A stretch of DNA of 54,904 nucleotides. Origin: a virus. Taxonomy: Duplodnaviria; Caudoviricetes. Location: positions 1-54,904 of the IMG/VR virus record IMGVR_UViG_3300033273_000309; one strand, given 5' to 3'. Under the pieces are notes generated by a model. The model ran no database searches. It was not told where the DNA came from and worked only from the letters and a program-made list of their open reading frames with translations. The position numbers were made by a program, and so were the translations under genes. This document shows, piece after piece, positions 51,968 through 54,904 of this stretch (position 1 is the first letter of the stretch; every line of letters starts with the position of its first letter).

Positions 51968-54142
51968 ATGGCAAGACGTACATTCAAGGAGTGGGTATCC
52001 AAATCCACACTCAAAGAATCTAAATGTAAGTGTGATTGTGGCAAGGTTCCTTGTGTGGAGTGTGGTGGAGATCACCATAAAGATGAACTGAAAGAAGATA
52101 AGAAAAATAAAGAAGACTGTGGTAAAGGGAAGTATTGGTGCATGACCGATAAGAAGTGCAAAAAGATTCCTAAAGGTTGGCACATGATGAGAAGTGGACT
52201 CATCATGAAAGATAAGGAACATGAGGAAGAGGAAGAAGGTAAAAAGAACGGTAATGGAAATGGTGAAGGTTCAGAATCAAATGGTGGCGGGGTAAGCGAG
52301 TCTTCTTGTGGTTCAACATCAAAGAAGAGGAGAAAGAAATTATCTGAGATGATTTCTACTTCTATGAGTGGTAGAAAATATAGAAACATTGATAACCCAG
52401 AAGATCAAAAAAGAATTCGTAAAGAAAGAGATAAAAAGAAACAAGAAAAAGAAGAATATTCAAAGAAAAGAAAAGCTGAATTAGCAGATCTTAGAGTAAC
52501 TAAAGGTATTCGTTTCTACGATAAGAAAGGATCTGGTTATATTAAAGATGGTAAGAAAGTTTATGATGAATCGGTAAACCTTGACGAAAAATGTTGGAAA
52601 GGTTATGAGAAGAAAGGTATGAAGACCATGTTTGGTAAGAGATATCCAAATTGTGTGAAGAAAGAAGAGTATTCTGATTGGAGAAGTGAACTTGAAGAAG
52701 TCCACATGTTCGTTTCATCAAAAAAGAACAAAGAGACTCCTAAGAAAAAAGAAACTTGGTATGAAAGAGATGAACGTAAAGCAAAAGAAAAGAAACTCAG
52801 AAAAGAATCCACAGAAGTCCAAGAGGGGAACAAGAGTGGTGATAGTTCTTTGCGTGACTGGTTTACTAAGAGTCGCTCTTCTGATGGCACCCCTGGTTGG
52901 GTTCAACTTGGTGGTAAATACGCAGGAAAACCCTGTGCAAAACAACCAGGACAAACCACAAAACCAAAGTGTGGTTCCAGCAAAATGAAAGCAGAACTCT
53001 CCGATAAAGAAGAGGAGAGAGCATTCCGTCGTAAGAACCAGGAAGATCCAAACCCAGATAGAAAGGGTAAGGCTAAGAATGTTGCAACTGAGGAGTTTGA
53101 AATTGAAGAGGGCATGTCCCTTAAAGACTTTAAGAAGAAACGTAGTGCTCAAAAGCAAAAGGATAAGAGAGCAGCAGAAAAAACTTCTTCTACTCGCAGG
53201 GCAGGTATTCATAATCCAGAAAAATCCCCTGAAAGAGCAGCAAGACACCGTGCTAATGTAGATCCTGACTTTGAGGGTGATGATGAGAGAAACTATCCTG
53301 GTGGTAAGTTAAATCCAAAGAAAGTTCGCAAGGCAAAAGCACTTGGAGAACTTGGTGAATCAGCAGGAGAAAAAGACGCATGTTATTCAAAGGTAAAGTC
53401 TCGTTATAAGGTTTGGCCTTCTGCATACGCATCTGGTGCATTAGTCAAGTGTCGTAAAGTTGGTGCTAAGAACTGGGGTAACAAGACTAAGAAAGAAGGT
53501 TATGAGTTTTCTAACTGGAGAGACGAGTTCAAAGCGACAGAATATGAAACTGTTGACATTATTGAAACAACTCCATTAAAAGAGACTGAAGAAATTAGAT
53601 ATTGTCCTAAGTGTAAAAAAAATGAGAAGAAGAGAGAGTGTAAGTACGGTGAAAAGTATTGGAAGATGTTCTCTCTACCTGCATCATTAGGTGGCGGTGG
53701 ACCCTATGATCCAAACGAAGTTCATCCTGCAAATGAGGGATTGAGTTTTGATATTGGTTCTGGACACAAGAAAGCTCAGAAGATGGGTAAAATCCGCAAC
53801 TTATCTAAGGGTGCAACTGGTGGAGAAAAGGATGCTGCTCAAGCCGCGTTAAAGAGACTTGGTGGAGGTATCTCACTTCCACTTGCAGATGCAGTCATCT
53901 ATCCAGGTCAACTGAAAACGGAAGACTATCAGAAATTACAGAAGACTGGTAATGTTTTCAGTATAATGTTGATGTGGAGAGGTAAAACTTATCGTCTGCA
54001 ACTCTTCTTCTCTGGTCCTAAGAGGCCATCAAGAGAAGAAGTCAAGGCAGAAATCCAAAAGTTCTATCCAGGTGGAATCTTAACTCATTACTACCCAAGT
54101 CCATCTGATCCAACACAACCAATCGTAGTAATTCAAAGGTAA
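51968..54142 (+). CDS. Lys/Glu-rich modular protein, putative internal head (poly)protein with DUF5872-like modules
   Basis: N-terminal RTFKEW...TLKE; small Cys-containing modules (CW.GY...G.K.....PNCV; LRDWF...W..LGG...CA; DACY.KVK.RY.VWPSAYASG.LVKCRK) separated by acidic linkers. Confidence 0.75.
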   Translation: MARRTFKEWVSKSTLKESKCKCDCGKVPCVECGGDHHKDELKEDKKNKEDCGKGKYWCMTDKKCKKIPKGWHMMRSGLIMKDKEHEEEEEGKKNGNGNGEGSESNGGGVSESSCGSTSKKRRKKLSEMISTSMSGRKYRNIDNPEDQKRIRKERDKKKQEKEEYSKKRKAELADLRVTKGIRFYDKKGSGYIKDGKKVYDESVNLDEKCWKGYEKKGMKTMFGKRYPNCVKKEEYSDWRSELEEVHMFVSSKKNKETPKKKETWYERDERKAKEKKLRKESTEVQEGNKSGDSSLRDWFTKSRSSDGTPGWVQLGGKYAGKPCAKQPGQTTKPKCGSSKMKAELSDKEEERAFRRKNQEDPNPDRKGKAKNVATEEFEIEEGMSLKDFKKKRSAQKQKDKRAAEKTSSTRRAGIHNPEKSPERAARHRANVDPDFEGDDERNYPGGKLNPKKVRKAKALGELGESAGEKDACYSKVKSRYKVWPSAYASGALVKCRKVGAKNWGNKTKKEGYEFSNWRDEFKATEYETVDIIETTPLKETEEIRYCPKCKKNEKKRECKYGEKYWKMFSLPASLGGGGPYDPNEVHPANEGLSFDIGSGHKKAQKMGKIRNLSKGATGGEKDAAQAALKRLGGGISLPLADAVIYPGQLKTEDYQKLQKTGNVFSIMLMWRGKTYRLQLFFSGPKRPSREEVKAEIQKFYPGGILTHYYPSPSDPTQPIVVIQR

Positions 54143-54147
54143 TCCAA

Positions 54148-54318
54148 ATGAACCCTTCCGACATTGAACTTTCAGATATTAATAAAATGTTAGTCTATGA
54201 ACAACAGGCAAGGGACATAGATAAGATGGATAGAGACCAGGCAATAAATTTTGCAAAGGCCTATCTAAAATTATATCTCAAACAACAAGAGGTAGTTGCA
54301 GATTTAGCAAAAATGTGA
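54148..54318 (+). CDS. Small helical protein, NblA-like (56 aa)
   Basis: MNPSDIELSDINKMLVYEQQARDIDKMDRDQAINFAKAYLKLYLKQQEVVADLAKM*. It fills the gap before gp17 and is below the track cutoff. Confidence 0.7.
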   Translation: MNPSDIELSDINKMLVYEQQARDIDKMDRDQAINFAKAYLKLYLKQQEVVADLAKM

Positions 54319-54324
54319 TTTTTT

Positions 54325-54904
54325 ATGAGTGATCAGGTATATCTTGGTAATCCCAATCTAAAAAAAGCGAACGTAGCAGTTCAATTTACACAGGAACAAG
54401 TACTTGAGTTTATCAAGTGCAAAGAGAATCCTGTGTATTTTGCACGTAATTATATCAAGATTGTTTCTCTTGATTATGGTGAAGTGTCTTTTGACATGTA
54501 TCCATTCCAAGAAAAATTAATCAATAACTTCCACGAGAATAGATTTAATATTTGTAGAATGCCTCGTCAGACAGGTAAATCTACAACTTGTGTTTCATAT
54601 TTGTTACATTATGCGGTGTTTAACGATAATGTTAATATAGCTATTCTAGCCAACAAGGCATCCACTGCACAGGATCTTCTCGGAAGGTTACAATTTGCGT
54701 ATGAGAAGTTACCTAAATGGATGCAACAAGGTATTGTATCTTGGAACAAACGATCTTTAGAACTGGAAAATGGATCAAAAATTATCGCCGCGTCTACTTC
54801 TGCATCTGCTGTCCGTGGTGGCTCCTATAATGTCATCTTTCTGGACGAGTTCGCATTCATCCCGAATCACATTGCTGATGACTTCTTTGCCAGTGTTTAT
54901 CCTA
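54325..54904 (+). CDS. gp17: Terminase large subunit gp17 (3'-truncated by the window edge)
   Basis: MSDQVYLGNPNLKKAN; Walker A PRQTGKST; LENGSKI.A..TS.SAVRG; Walker B IFLDEFAF. Confidence 0.97.
   Translation, partial: MSDQVYLGNPNLKKANVAVQFTQEQVLEFIKCKENPVYFARNYIKIVSLDYGEVSFDMYPFQEKLINNFHENRFNICRMPRQTGKSTTCVSYLLHYAVFNDNVNIAILANKASTAQDLLGRLQFAYEKLPKWMQQGIVSWNKRSLELENGSKIIAASTSASAVRGGSYNVIFLDEFAFIPNHIADDFFASVYP

Noticed and set aside
2138-53441. Numerous short minus-strand ORFs in the track
   Set aside because: They lie antisense to well-supported + strand genes and have shadow-like compositions.

Overview
Structural-gene (late) module of a large T4-like myovirus, most likely a marine cyanophage (Kyanoviridae-type, AT-rich, all real genes on the + strand). 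Order: tail end of an early-type small-ORF region; a perfect sigma70 promoter and a repeat-rich ~350-nt non-coding stretch; a cluster of small conserved hypotheticals including a GT2-like protein and a double-DUF2061 membrane protein; then gp25, gp6, a giant gp7 (4907 aa), gp8, a VrlC/DUF4815-like protein, small virion proteins, an acidic repeat protein, a long tail fibre with an S74 chaperone, gp13, gp14, gp15, gp16, a 724-aa putative internal polyprotein, an NblA-like small ORF and a partial gp17. T4-type late promoters (TATAAATA and variants) precede many genes. The most unusual signals are: (1) three nested phycobiliprotein-like repeats inside gp7 that retain KCxRD and a second Cys; (2) 'Russian-doll' nested beta-domain cassettes shared by gp7 and the tail fibre; (3) a candidate capsid-targeted, protease-processed polyprotein between gp16 and gp17; (4) an unannotated NblA-like ORF just upstream of the terminase. 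All family assignments come from motif recognition by eye, not database searches.
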